From assembly GCA_043819795.1 (NCBI GenBank), contig JBDREN010000171.1, forward strand, positions 1-45,991: a stretch of 45,991 nt of DNA, given 5' to 3'. The position numbers were made by a program, and so were the translations under genes. This DNA is from Elusimicrobiota bacterium. Its GTDB lineage: Bacteria > Elusimicrobiota > Elusimicrobia > UBA1565. The notes under the pieces were generated by a model. That model did not search any database and was not told the origin of the DNA. It was given only the letters and a program-made list of their open reading frames with translations. Shown here piece after piece: positions 38,088 through 45,991 of the stretch; within the stretch, counting starts at the first letter, position 1, and each line of letters starts with the position of its first letter.

Positions 38088-38265
38088 GGCCCGGCGACCT
38101 TAGTCGGGGTGACCCGCAAGGCCCACTACGGCGATGTGGGTCTTGCGGGCCCGAGGGGGCGGCAGCCCCCAGGGCGAACACCCGCGCGAGCGCGAAACCT
38201 CTCTCGCGCGGGCCTTCAGGCCCCGAGCGAAGCGAGGGGTGCGAAAGAGGGGCGGGGCCCCGCGG
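38088..38265. repeat. Multi-hairpin intergenic element (REP/MITE-like or structured RNA)
   Basis: Stems at 38113-38126/38136-38149, 38155-38160/38165-38170, 38181-38190/38203-38212 and 38221-38224/38236-38239. Confidence 0.5.
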
Positions 38266-38271
38266 ACGGTA

Positions 38272-38928
38272 CTATCGGCTGCGCCCGACCCCGACCCTGG
38301 CGCAATAGCTCCGCACGCCGCACCGGCTGCACCAGGGAGACACCGGCGTGCAGAGGTTCTGGCCGTAGATCACCAGAAGATCGTTATAGGTGATCCAGTG
38401 GCGCCTGGGCAGCTTCTCTCTGAGGGCCGTCTCGGTCCGCTCGGGCGTCTTAGTGCGCACGTAGCCCCACCGATTCGAGATGCGGTGCACGTGAGTGTCC
38501 ACGCAGATGCCGGGCTTGTGGAAACCCAAAGTGAGCACCAGGTTCGCCGTCTTGCGGCCCACGCCCTTGAGCGCCAGGAGCTCCTCCATCGAGCCGGGCA
38601 CCCGGCCCGCGTGGCGCGCGAGCAGGTCCCGGCAGATCCCGCGCAGCGTCCGCGCCTTGACCCGGTAGAAGCTCACCGGGTAGATCGCACCCTCGATCGT
38701 GCGCGCGGGCAAGGCCCCCAGCCGCCGGGGCGTGCGCGCCAGCCGGAACAAGCGCGCCGAGGCCGCCTCCGTCACCGCGTCCTTCGTCCGAAGACTGAGG
38801 ATGCACGAGATCAGCAGGCGGAACGGCTCCGCAGGATCGGCCTCCACGACGCCCAGGGCCGGCACCTTCCAGCGCCGCACCTCGCGCTTCAGGGCCGAAA
38901 GGGCCTTCCCGATGTCGCGATCTCGCAT
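38272..38928 (-). CDS. nth: Endonuclease III family DNA glycosylase
   Basis: Motifs PFRLLISCILS, HhH LKGVGRKTANLVL, VDTHVHRISNRWG and the 4Fe-4S CX6CX2CX5C cluster. Confidence 0.93.
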   Translation of the reverse strand: MRDRDIGKALSALKREVRRWKVPALGVVEADPAEPFRLLISCILSLRTKDAVTEAASARLFRLARTPRRLGALPARTIEGAIYPVSFYRVKARTLRGICRDLLARHAGRVPGSMEELLALKGVGRKTANLVLTLGFHKPGICVDTHVHRISNRWGYVRTKTPERTETALREKLPRRHWITYNDLLVIYGQNLCTPVSPWCSRCGVRSYCARVGVGRSR

Positions 38929-40569
38929 CTAGTCGGCCAGGAGCCTGCGCGCCGTGGCCTCCCAGCTGAACTCGGCCGCCGCCAGCCGGTGGGCGCGCTC
39001 GCGGAGGGAATCCCGTTCGGCGCCGGAGAGCTTGGCGAGATGGCCGAGCTGGCGGACGAGGGACCCGGCCAGCCGGGAGGTGAGGCCCTCCTCAAGGCGG
39101 AGCCCGTCGAGCAGCCCGTCCCCGAAATCCTTACCGAACCCCGCGGACAGGACCTCGACCACGTCGGCGAAGCCGCTGTGGCAGGCGACCAAAGGGACGG
39201 TCCCCGCGGCCAGGGCCTCGACCCCGACCAGCCCGAAGGCCTCTGGGAAAACGGAAGGCGCGGCCACCGCATCCACGCACGCCAGCAGGCGCGCGAGTTG
39301 CCTGTGGTGCATGATCCCCGTGAACAGGAACCGCTCATCGAGCCCGCAGCCGGCCGCCAGGTACGCGTTGAGCCGATCCTCCCGTTTGAGTCCCTCGAAA
39401 AAGGCGCCCAAGTAGCGCGGCGCCGAAGGGCCTCCCCCGGCGTCCGCCAGCCCGACCAGCCGCAGCAGCAGATCCTTGTCCCCGGAGGATATCGCGTGCA
39501 CGAGCGGCTCGAGCATCTCCCGGAAGTCGCCGCAGCCTACGGCGAGGAACCGCGTTTCGGGATGCTCCTCAAGAATCAGCGGCGCCGCCGCGGCCAGAAA
39601 ATGCGCGCCCTTCGTCCACCGGTACTTGCCGAAGAACAGGACCACGGGCGCGGACCAGTCCATCCCCTGGAGCTTGTCGCCCGCGTCCGCGTCCGTGGAC
39701 CAGGTCTCGTAGCGCGCCCGCACCTCGGCCGCGGCCCGCTCGAAGTCTCCCTCCAAAGCCGCCTTCGCCAGAAGAGGCAGATAGCCCCGAGTCTCCTCCA
39801 GGCTCCGGGCCTTCTTCTGGGCCGGGAGCGCATTGAGATCGGCGGCCACGCCCGCGATCACGTCCTTTTTCGAGCGACCCGCCTCCAGGACTTGGAATCG
39901 GGATACGTCCACCCCCAGGGGGATGACGACCGTTTTATCGGCCAAGCCCGCCTCCTGCGCGAAGTAGCCCAGCAGCTCGGCGCGGCCGTGCCGGCTGTTG
40001 CATACGCACCGTCCGCAGCTCGCCAGCCCTTCCAGCGCCAGCTTCTTCAGGTAGGGATTGCGGCGGACCGAGAAGTTCAAGGCGGAGCCGTGGACCGTGA
40101 CGACGTGCCGAACGCCGCGGGCCGCCTTCGCGCGAGCCACCGCGGCCGGCTGCAAAACGAGATGGTTCGACTGCACGAGGTCGAAGTGCTCCCCGGAAAG
40201 GACGCGGTCCAGCGCGCCCGAGACCCGGGCGAGCGACGCGTCGATCTCCGCGTCCGTCATGGAGTGGACTTCCCTGACCTCGAAGCCCGGATACCGGTCC
40301 AAGACGTAGACGGGCAGGACCCCCCCGAGGTCGGGCCGGACCACCGTGCAGCGCCCCGGATAAGGCGTCGGACGCTCGAACGCGGTCCGCGCACGCTCGC
40401 CCTCGAACCGGACGAACCTGGAGACGAAGTCGATCTTCTCGGGCTCGTACTCCTGGCAGAGGACCGTCACCGAGTGGCCCTGCCGGACCAGCTCCTTGGC
40501 CAGGTTGCGGACGTAGATGTTGCTCCCGGTCCCGGTGAGCAGATAGCCGTGGACGATGCAGATGTTCAT
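38929..40569 (-). CDS. GT4 family glycosyltransferase
   Basis: Motifs GTGSNIYVRNLA, VVTVHGS, VIPLGVD, FFGKY...KG and PS..PEAFGLVGVEALAAG. Upstream TTGACG-17-TAACCT. Confidence 0.9.
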   Translation of the reverse strand: MNICIVHGYLLTGTGSNIYVRNLAKELVRQGHSVTVLCQEYEPEKIDFVSRFVRFEGERARTAFERPTPYPGRCTVVRPDLGGVLPVYVLDRYPGFEVREVHSMTDAEIDASLARVSGALDRVLSGEHFDLVQSNHLVLQPAAVARAKAARGVRHVVTVHGSALNFSVRRNPYLKKLALEGLASCGRCVCNSRHGRAELLGYFAQEAGLADKTVVIPLGVDVSRFQVLEAGRSKKDVIAGVAADLNALPAQKKARSLEETRGYLPLLAKAALEGDFERAAAEVRARYETWSTDADAGDKLQGMDWSAPVVLFFGKYRWTKGAHFLAAAAPLILEEHPETRFLAVGCGDFREMLEPLVHAISSGDKDLLLRLVGLADAGGGPSAPRYLGAFFEGLKREDRLNAYLAAGCGLDERFLFTGIMHHRQLARLLACVDAVAAPSVFPEAFGLVGVEALAAGTVPLVACHSGFADVVEVLSAGFGKDFGDGLLDGLRLEEGLTSRLAGSLVRQLGHLAKLSGAERDSLRERAHRLAAAEFSWEATARRLLAD

Positions 40570-40879
40570 CCAGCCTATAGGTTAGGCCGGCCGGAGCCGT
40601 CCGTCAAGGCTTTGACAGGCTTTGACAGCCTCGAGGTGAATCAGGGCAGCGAGGCCGGGGCGGCGGGAAAGCCCGTGCGGACAGCCGGCACTTGACCTTC
40701 GGGCGGGATGAATGGATAACGTCTCCTGCTCTCCTATGATATTATGCTGGGAGCCGGCTCAAGATCGGGCTGAAAGGCGCTTATGACCGCGCGCAGCATC
40801 GTTCTCACTGTCTTTCTATCGGACCTCAACCCCTCGGCACGAGATGAGGAACGCTTCTCGGCGGCCGAAGACCGACCTC

Positions 40880-41896
40880 ATGCCTGAGGCCCTTTCCAAA
40901 CGCCTGGCCGACGCCCTGGACCGGCGCGCCGCGCTGTGCCGCGGCCTCCACGCCGAAGAGACCGACGCCTACCGGCTGTTCCACGGCAGCGCGGAGGGCC
41001 ACGCGGGACTGACGGTCGATCGTTATGGCGACTTGCTGCTCGCGCAGAGCTTCCACAGCCCGCTGCCCCCGCCTCAACTGGCGGCTCTGGAAGACTTCTA
41101 CACCCGGGCCATCCCCGGCCTGACCCTGGTCTACAACGACCGCAGCCGGCCGAATTCGCGCGTCGGCAACGAGCTTTCGCCCGAGTCCCTGGCCGCCGCC
41201 CTGAAGCCGCGCCAAGCGCGGGAGCTGGGCGTCATCTACCGCATCCAGGGACGGCACGCCGGCCAGGACCCGTGGCTATTCCTCGATCTGCGCGCCGCCC
41301 GCCGGCGCGTGATGCGGGACGCGGCGGGCAAGTCGCTGCTCAACGTGTTCGCCTATACCTGCGGCGTGGGCGTCGCCGCGGCCAAGGCCGGCGCCAGCTC
41401 CGTTTTGAACGTGGACTTCTCGCGATCCTGTCTCGCCGTCGGCGAGGAAAACGCCCGGCTCAACGAGTTGCCCGGCCAGGTGGGCTTCGTGCGGAGCGAC
41501 GCCTTCGCCGCCCTGCGGCAGCTCTCCGGGTTGGGCCAGCCCCGGGTCGTGCGCGGCAGACGCCTGCCGCCCTTCCCGCGGCTGGACCGGAGGCGATTCG
41601 AGATAGTGTTCCTCGACCCGCCTCGCTACGCCCGGAGCCCGTTCGGCGTGGTCGATATCATCAACGACTATCCGGCGATCTTCAAGCCAGCCCTGCTCTG
41701 CGCCGCCGAGGGCGGCACGCTGATCTGCTGCAACAATGAGGCGCAGGTCGAGCGGGAGACGTGGCTGGGGCAGCTGGAGCGCAGCGCCCGCAAAGCCGGC
41801 CGCCCGATCCGCGACCTGGAGCTGATCGCGCCGGAAAGCGACTTCCCCAGCCATGACGGCCGGCCGCCCCTGAAGATCGCGCTTCTGAAGGTTTAA
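40880..41896 (+). CDS. RlmI/RlmK-like class I SAM-dependent methyltransferase
   Basis: Motifs AYRLFHG..EG..GLTVDRYG, LFLDLRAARR, LLNVFAYTCG and VFLDPP. Start is ATG 40880 or 40844. Confidence 0.85.
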   Translation: MPEALSKRLADALDRRAALCRGLHAEETDAYRLFHGSAEGHAGLTVDRYGDLLLAQSFHSPLPPPQLAALEDFYTRAIPGLTLVYNDRSRPNSRVGNELSPESLAAALKPRQARELGVIYRIQGRHAGQDPWLFLDLRAARRRVMRDAAGKSLLNVFAYTCGVGVAAAKAGASSVLNVDFSRSCLAVGEENARLNELPGQVGFVRSDAFAALRQLSGLGQPRVVRGRRLPPFPRLDRRRFEIVFLDPPRYARSPFGVVDIINDYPAIFKPALLCAAEGGTLICCNNEAQVERETWLGQLERSARKAGRPIRDLELIAPESDFPSHDGRPPLKIALLKV

Positions 41897-41985
41897 GGAA
41901 GGTTTAGGCAGGCGGACGGTCGCCGGCTCGCGAGACGAGTCCGCTGGATTCGCGGGCCCTCACATGCCCGCAGTGAGGCCGTCTT

Positions 41986-42816
41986 TCACATGGCGCTCCC
42001 ATCGCTCATCGAATCGTTGACCGAGCGCTTGACCCAACCCGCGATACTGCGCACGTGATAGATCGTGAAGCCCGCGATAAGGATAGCGATGAGGATGGAC
42101 ACCACGCCCTGGTACTCATTCTGGAGAGCGATCACGCGCGTCAGCACGCTCTGCCCCAACAGGACATAGGCGCTCAACGCACAAAAGGTCCCGGAGAAGA
42201 CGATTGAGAATGTGACCCAAGGCTTCAGGTTCAACAAATAGCCCGCGAAGGCGCCCGTGACCGGACCGGTCATCGCAAAGGGCGCCATCACGAAGAAGAA
42301 AAGGCCGACGCGCTCATAACGCTTGAGTCTGCCGCAGTGTTTTTGGGCGGTCGCCTCCGCTCGTTTGGCCGCGAGCTTTAGGAATCTTGTTTCGATGCCC
42401 TCTCGGATCGCCAACACGAAGACGTAGTAGCACAAGACGACGATGATGATCTCGACGCAGAAATTGAACAACAGGGTGGCAATCGGCGGAAGACCGCGGG
42501 CCAGGCAAAAGAGCACCGCCGGCGCTCGGGCGCCGGCGGCATGCAAGCCGATGGACGACAATAGCGTCGTCGCGACATGCGCGTTGTACCGGAACAGGAT
42601 TCCGACGCCGAACAGCGTGAGCGTGGCCAGGGTCAGCGCGGCGACGATCTGTCGCCACTCCGCTGTTTCGAGCAGAGGTCCTGCCGTCGGTTTTCCGGTC
42701 GCTCCCGCCCGGGGCGTATCGAGGAGCGGTTGCGCCGGGGGAACGGAAACGCTCGACCAGTCGCCGGCCGGAATGCGGGGTTGCGGGCGCTTGAGATGCG
42801 TGGATTCAGGACACAT
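41986..42816 (-). CDS. Membrane protein, putative small multi-drug export family
   Basis: Several TM segments and GLFFFVMAPFAMTGPVTGAFAGYLLNL. Start uncertain; ATG 42816 follows GGGAGA. Confidence 0.7.
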   Translation of the reverse strand: MCPESTHLKRPQPRIPAGDWSSVSVPPAQPLLDTPRAGATGKPTAGPLLETAEWRQIVAALTLATLTLFGVGILFRYNAHVATTLLSSIGLHAAGARAPAVLFCLARGLPPIATLLFNFCVEIIIVVLCYYVFVLAIREGIETRFLKLAAKRAEATAQKHCGRLKRYERVGLFFFVMAPFAMTGPVTGAFAGYLLNLKPWVTFSIVFSGTFCALSAYVLLGQSVLTRVIALQNEYQGVVSILIAILIAGFTIYHVRSIAGWVKRSVNDSMSDGSAM

Positions 42817-43184
42817 TCGATCTCCCTGCAGGGGTTCGGAGCGCTTTCTCACGCACGCACAACCGGGAGCGATCGCACAAGCCGGATCGACGCCGCCGGC
42901 GGGGCGATCCCGGGAGGCTTCTTCGCTCGCCTCCGCTGGCAACGGCCCGGGCGCGCATACGGTCTTTGTTTCATGATAAGGATCAAAAGCGACTTTAATA
43001 CCGTAGCGCGCGGCGAATACATCAACATCATAGATAATATCTCTCGCCGACATCCATGAATTCTAAGGACGATCGGTCTGAGAGCGATGCGCATACATGC
43101 CGCCCATCGAGCGGCAGATTACGCCGGCAATGACGCGCTCGTCCGTCAAGTGGACGCCTAGGAATATGTATCATTACCCCGAAT

Positions 43185-44180
43185 ATGCCAGAGGCCGATC
43201 GGGAAGGGGCGGGACCCGGATCTTGCCCCCTCTGCGCCGGGAAGGATCCTGTTTTCTCCTGCGGAGCCTTGCTCTATCCGGGCTGCGAGCGGGAGGTCTT
43301 CTCCTGCGGGGAGTGCGGGGCTTCCTACTTCTGGCCGGTCCCTTCGCCCGAGGACATCGCACGCTGCTATCCGCCCGTCTATTTCCGTGATTTTCTCAAG
43401 CAATACTGGAAGGACTACTATAAAGGGCGCCTCCTGGCCGAAGGGCTCTCCGCCTGGAAGAGCCGCGGCGTTTTCGTGGATGTCGGGTGCGCGCTCGGCA
43501 CCATGCTGGCCGGGGTGCGGGACCATTCCGGCTGGAAGGTCCTGGGCCTGGAGTTCGCTCGGGCGGCGGCGGAGACCGGCAAGAGACTCAACGGCGTGGA
43601 GATCGCCCAAGGAGGGCTCTCCGACGCGCCCTGGCCCGATGAAAGCGTCGACTGCGTGCACATGAACAACGTCCTCGAGCACGAGGCGAAGCCCGCCGAG
43701 GCCCTGGCCGCGGCCTCTCGCCTGCTCAAGCCGGGAGGGCGCCTGCGCTTGAGCTTGCCGAACGGGCCTCTCGACATCCTTCCGACCAAGACCCTGTACC
43801 GCCGCTGGGGCCGGGCCGTGACCACGCGGCATGGGGGACACCTCTTCTTCTTCTCCCGCAAGGCGCTGTTTCTTCTGCTGGAGCGGGCGGGCCTGAGGCC
43901 CCTGTCGGTCCGGAACTTCCACCTCAAGACCGCCCTCAAGGCGCGCGGCTGGACTCCCCGGGCGTACCGCCTTTTCAAGAGGGCCCCGCGACCCCGGACC
44001 GCGGCCCCGCAAGGCGACGAGAAGAGCCTCTCCGCGGAAGAGTGCCGCCGCCTCATCCCCCCGCGTCCCAGCTGGCGGCTCTATGGGCTTCGGGCGCGTC
44101 TGCGCCGGCTTTGGCGGTGGCCCTTCGATTGGGGCTGCGACTTCGAGGTCCTGGCAGAAAAGTCCGGCCGAAGGCCATGA
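43185..44180 (+). CDS. Class I SAM-dependent methyltransferase with an N-terminal zinc ribbon
   Basis: CPLC...CGEC, VDVGCALG, NNVLEH, LLKPGG and HLFFFS. Confidence 0.88.
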   Translation: MPEADREGAGPGSCPLCAGKDPVFSCGALLYPGCEREVFSCGECGASYFWPVPSPEDIARCYPPVYFRDFLKQYWKDYYKGRLLAEGLSAWKSRGVFVDVGCALGTMLAGVRDHSGWKVLGLEFARAAAETGKRLNGVEIAQGGLSDAPWPDESVDCVHMNNVLEHEAKPAEALAAASRLLKPGGRLRLSLPNGPLDILPTKTLYRRWGRAVTTRHGGHLFFFSRKALFLLLERAGLRPLSVRNFHLKTALKARGWTPRAYRLFKRAPRPRTAAPQGDEKSLSAEECRRLIPPRPSWRLYGLRARLRRLWRWPFDWGCDFEVLAEKSGRRP

Positions 44181-45112
44181 GCCCGCCGTTTCGCTCGCGG
44201 TCCGCCGGCATCGGTATTGGAGCGCTCACGGTACTCTTGCTGCCGGCACTCCAGCCGGCCGGAGCGGCTTCCCCTTCGGGGAATACGTCGGCCCGCCCCC
44301 CCTCCCCCTGGATCTGGCTCGTGCCCGGCGGCGGCCAGTTCGCCCTAGGCCGGCCGCGCGCCGGCTGGGGCTACGCGGCCGGGACCATGGGACTTGTCGG
44401 GTGGGGCGCCCACGCGGAGACCCGCCGCGGAGGCGGCGAGCTCAACGCTCCCTTCGTGTACGCGCAGCAGCTCTACGTCGCGTCCTTCTGCGCCGCCTAC
44501 CGCGAGCTCCGGCTCAGGGCCGGGGACCCGGGCGGCGGCCCGCCCACGGACCGCTCATCGGCCGGGGAGCTCGCCGCCGCCCCCTTCCGCTGGAGGCAGC
44601 TCAAGAACCCCTGGGTCATCGGCAGCGCCCTGGTCGGGGCCGGGCTCAACCTGGCCCTGCCGCGAAGCGACTCCCGCAAGCCCGCCTTCCGGCAGATACG
44701 CCGTATCCGCTACTTGGGCGACTCCTTCAACAGGGAATGGGGGACCGCCGCCTACACGGCCTATTGGATACCGATCAGCCTGGGCGCGGGCGTGGCCGAG
44801 GAGTCCCTGTTCCGGGGATTGTTCCAGAACGAATGGGAGCGCAGCTGGGGCGCCCGCAACGGCTGGGCCGCGGCCTCCGGCCTCTTCGGCCTCGCGCACT
44901 TGAGCCAGCCCGGGGACCTCGAGTCCTGGGGCGACGTGGCCTTCGCCACCGCCGCCGGCCTCTATCTGGGCTGGCGCTACCAGCGCACCGGCTACCGTCT
45001 CGAGGAGCCGGTCGCCTCGCACGTCTGGTTCGACATCGCCGCCGGCCTGGCGCTCATGCTCGTCCGCCCCGAGGACAACCCGCTCGGCGCGCGGGTCCAG
45101 TTCGCGTTCTAA
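44177..45112 (+). CDS. CPBP (Abi/CAAX protease) family intramembrane glutamic protease
   Basis: Motifs GVAEESLFRG, FGLAH and ASHVWFD. ATG 44177 overlaps the upstream TGA. Confidence 0.8.
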   Translation: MSPPFRSRSAGIGIGALTVLLLPALQPAGAASPSGNTSARPPSPWIWLVPGGGQFALGRPRAGWGYAAGTMGLVGWGAHAETRRGGGELNAPFVYAQQLYVASFCAAYRELRLRAGDPGGGPPTDRSSAGELAAAPFRWRQLKNPWVIGSALVGAGLNLALPRSDSRKPAFRQIRRIRYLGDSFNREWGTAAYTAYWIPISLGAGVAEESLFRGLFQNEWERSWGARNGWAAASGLFGLAHLSQPGDLESWGDVAFATAAGLYLGWRYQRTGYRLEEPVASHVWFDIAAGLALMLVRPEDNPLGARVQFAF

Positions 45113-45149
45113 GCCTTGCGAAAATCGGTGAAATTGCGAATAATGACCC

Positions 45150-45827
45150 ATGCCTTTCAGTAAGAAGCATCGACCTAAGTGGGTCGTCCTCGGGATCTGG
45201 CTGCTCCTCACGGGCGCGGCCGGCTACGCGTTCCTCCGGAGCGGCATCCCCGTCACCAAGGCGCCCGAGGCCATCCGTGACGGGATCCTGCATCTCGGGC
45301 CCTGGGGCCCCCTGGCGTTCATCGTCGCCTACTCGGTCCGCGCGCTCTTCTTCATCCCGGCATCCATCCTGACCGCCGCCGCGGGCCTGGTCTGGGGACC
45401 GGCGGGCGGCATCATCTATACGATCGTCGGGGAGAACCTGAGCTCGACCTTCGCCTTCTATCTCGCCCGTCTCCTCGGCCGGCAGTGGTTCAAGTCCCAT
45501 GACAACCGCTTCCTGCATGGGGTGAACAAACACCTGAAGAAGCACGGCTTCATGACGGTCCTCGTCCTGCGCCTGGTCTACGCCCCCTTCGACGTCGTCA
45601 ACTACGGCTGCGGCCTGACCTCGATGCGCTTCCTGCCGTTCGCCGCGGCGACCTTCCTGGGCGTCCTGCCGGGAGTCGTCACCTTCGTGTACTTCGGCAG
45701 CGGCCTGCTGGACCCCAGGAACCTGGTCATCTCAGCCGTCCTGTTCGTCCTTACCCTGATCCTCGCCCGCGTCGTGCAGCGCCGCCAAGGCGCCCAAGAG
45801 ATCCTGAAAGCGGCGAAGACAGATTAA
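45150..45827 (+). CDS. TVP38/TMEM64 (DedA/VTT) family membrane protein
   Basis: Motifs FIPASILTAAAGLVWG, FYLARLLGR, LRLVYAPFDVVNYGCG and ATFLGVLPG. Confidence 0.9.
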   Translation: MPFSKKHRPKWVVLGIWLLLTGAAGYAFLRSGIPVTKAPEAIRDGILHLGPWGPLAFIVAYSVRALFFIPASILTAAAGLVWGPAGGIIYTIVGENLSSTFAFYLARLLGRQWFKSHDNRFLHGVNKHLKKHGFMTVLVLRLVYAPFDVVNYGCGLTSMRFLPFAAATFLGVLPGVVTFVYFGSGLLDPRNLVISAVLFVLTLILARVVQRRQGAQEILKAAKTD

Positions 45828-45854
45828 CCCCGCAGGGCTCCGCCCTGCGGGGTT
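45826..45854. terminator. Hairpin between convergent genes
   Basis: AACCCCGCAGGGC-TCC-GCCCTGCGGGGTT, a 13-bp perfect stem. Confidence 0.65.
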
Positions 45855-45907
45855 GATATCGCCGTCTTATTAGGCTTCCTTTGGTTCGGTGCCGTTCTTG
45901 TTAGGCC

Positions 45908-45991
45908 CTACTCCTTCGACACTAGGCTCGCCCGCAGGAACTCGCGGTTGAGCCGGGCGATGTTGCTGATCTTGATCTCTTTCGGGCAGGC
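45908..45991 (-). CDS. sdhB: 3' end of a succinate dehydrogenase/fumarate reductase iron-sulfur subunit (partial)
   Basis: Translated by hand: ACPKEIKISNIARLNREFLRASLVSKE*, matching the CPKEI..IARLNRE C-terminus of SdhB/FrdB. Only 27 codons are visible. Confidence 0.7.
   Translation of the reverse strand, partial: ACPKEIKISNIARLNREFLRASLVSKE

Noticed and set aside
42960..43170. Minus-strand frame reading through one TAG into the membrane-protein ORF (possible pseudogene or readthrough)
   Set aside because: The peptide shows no recognisable family motif, and the AT-rich tract is equally well explained as a divergent promoter region.

Overview
This window is high-GC bacterial chromosomal DNA from a diderm organism (it encodes LptD and TolC). 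The style of its secreted proteins is reminiscent of Elusimicrobiota, but that is an unverified impression. The left third is a minus-strand housekeeping run: response regulator, trxA, TlpA, polA, rhomboid, coaE, rho, rpmE, prfA, prmC, murA, folC, ROK kinase, lptD-like. The middle is a divergent locus. Leftward is a fusion of an M50 site-2 protease with an S8 subtilase. Rightward are an in-frame MarR + signal peptide + TolC fusion, an RND pump with no adaptor gene, and an exported TldD/TldE pair. Next come folB, a three-subunit xanthine dehydrogenase, a large secreted protein with a probable permuted papain-like domain, a decayed NCS2 permease, and an adenine/adenosine deaminase. The right end holds a ceramidase-like hydrolase, nth, a GT4 glycosyltransferase, two methyltransferases, three membrane proteins and the 3' end of sdhB/frdB. 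I saw no tRNA, rRNA, CRISPR array or transposase. Three observations stand out. (1) The MarR-TolC single ORF. (2) Small cassettes sitting at ATGA stop/start overlaps that duplicate the ATGA and encode translationally coupled mini-ORFs (two in tandem at murA-folC, one inside the xdh operon). (3) The dual M50+S8 protease. Product calls come from recognising motifs by eye; no database search was run.
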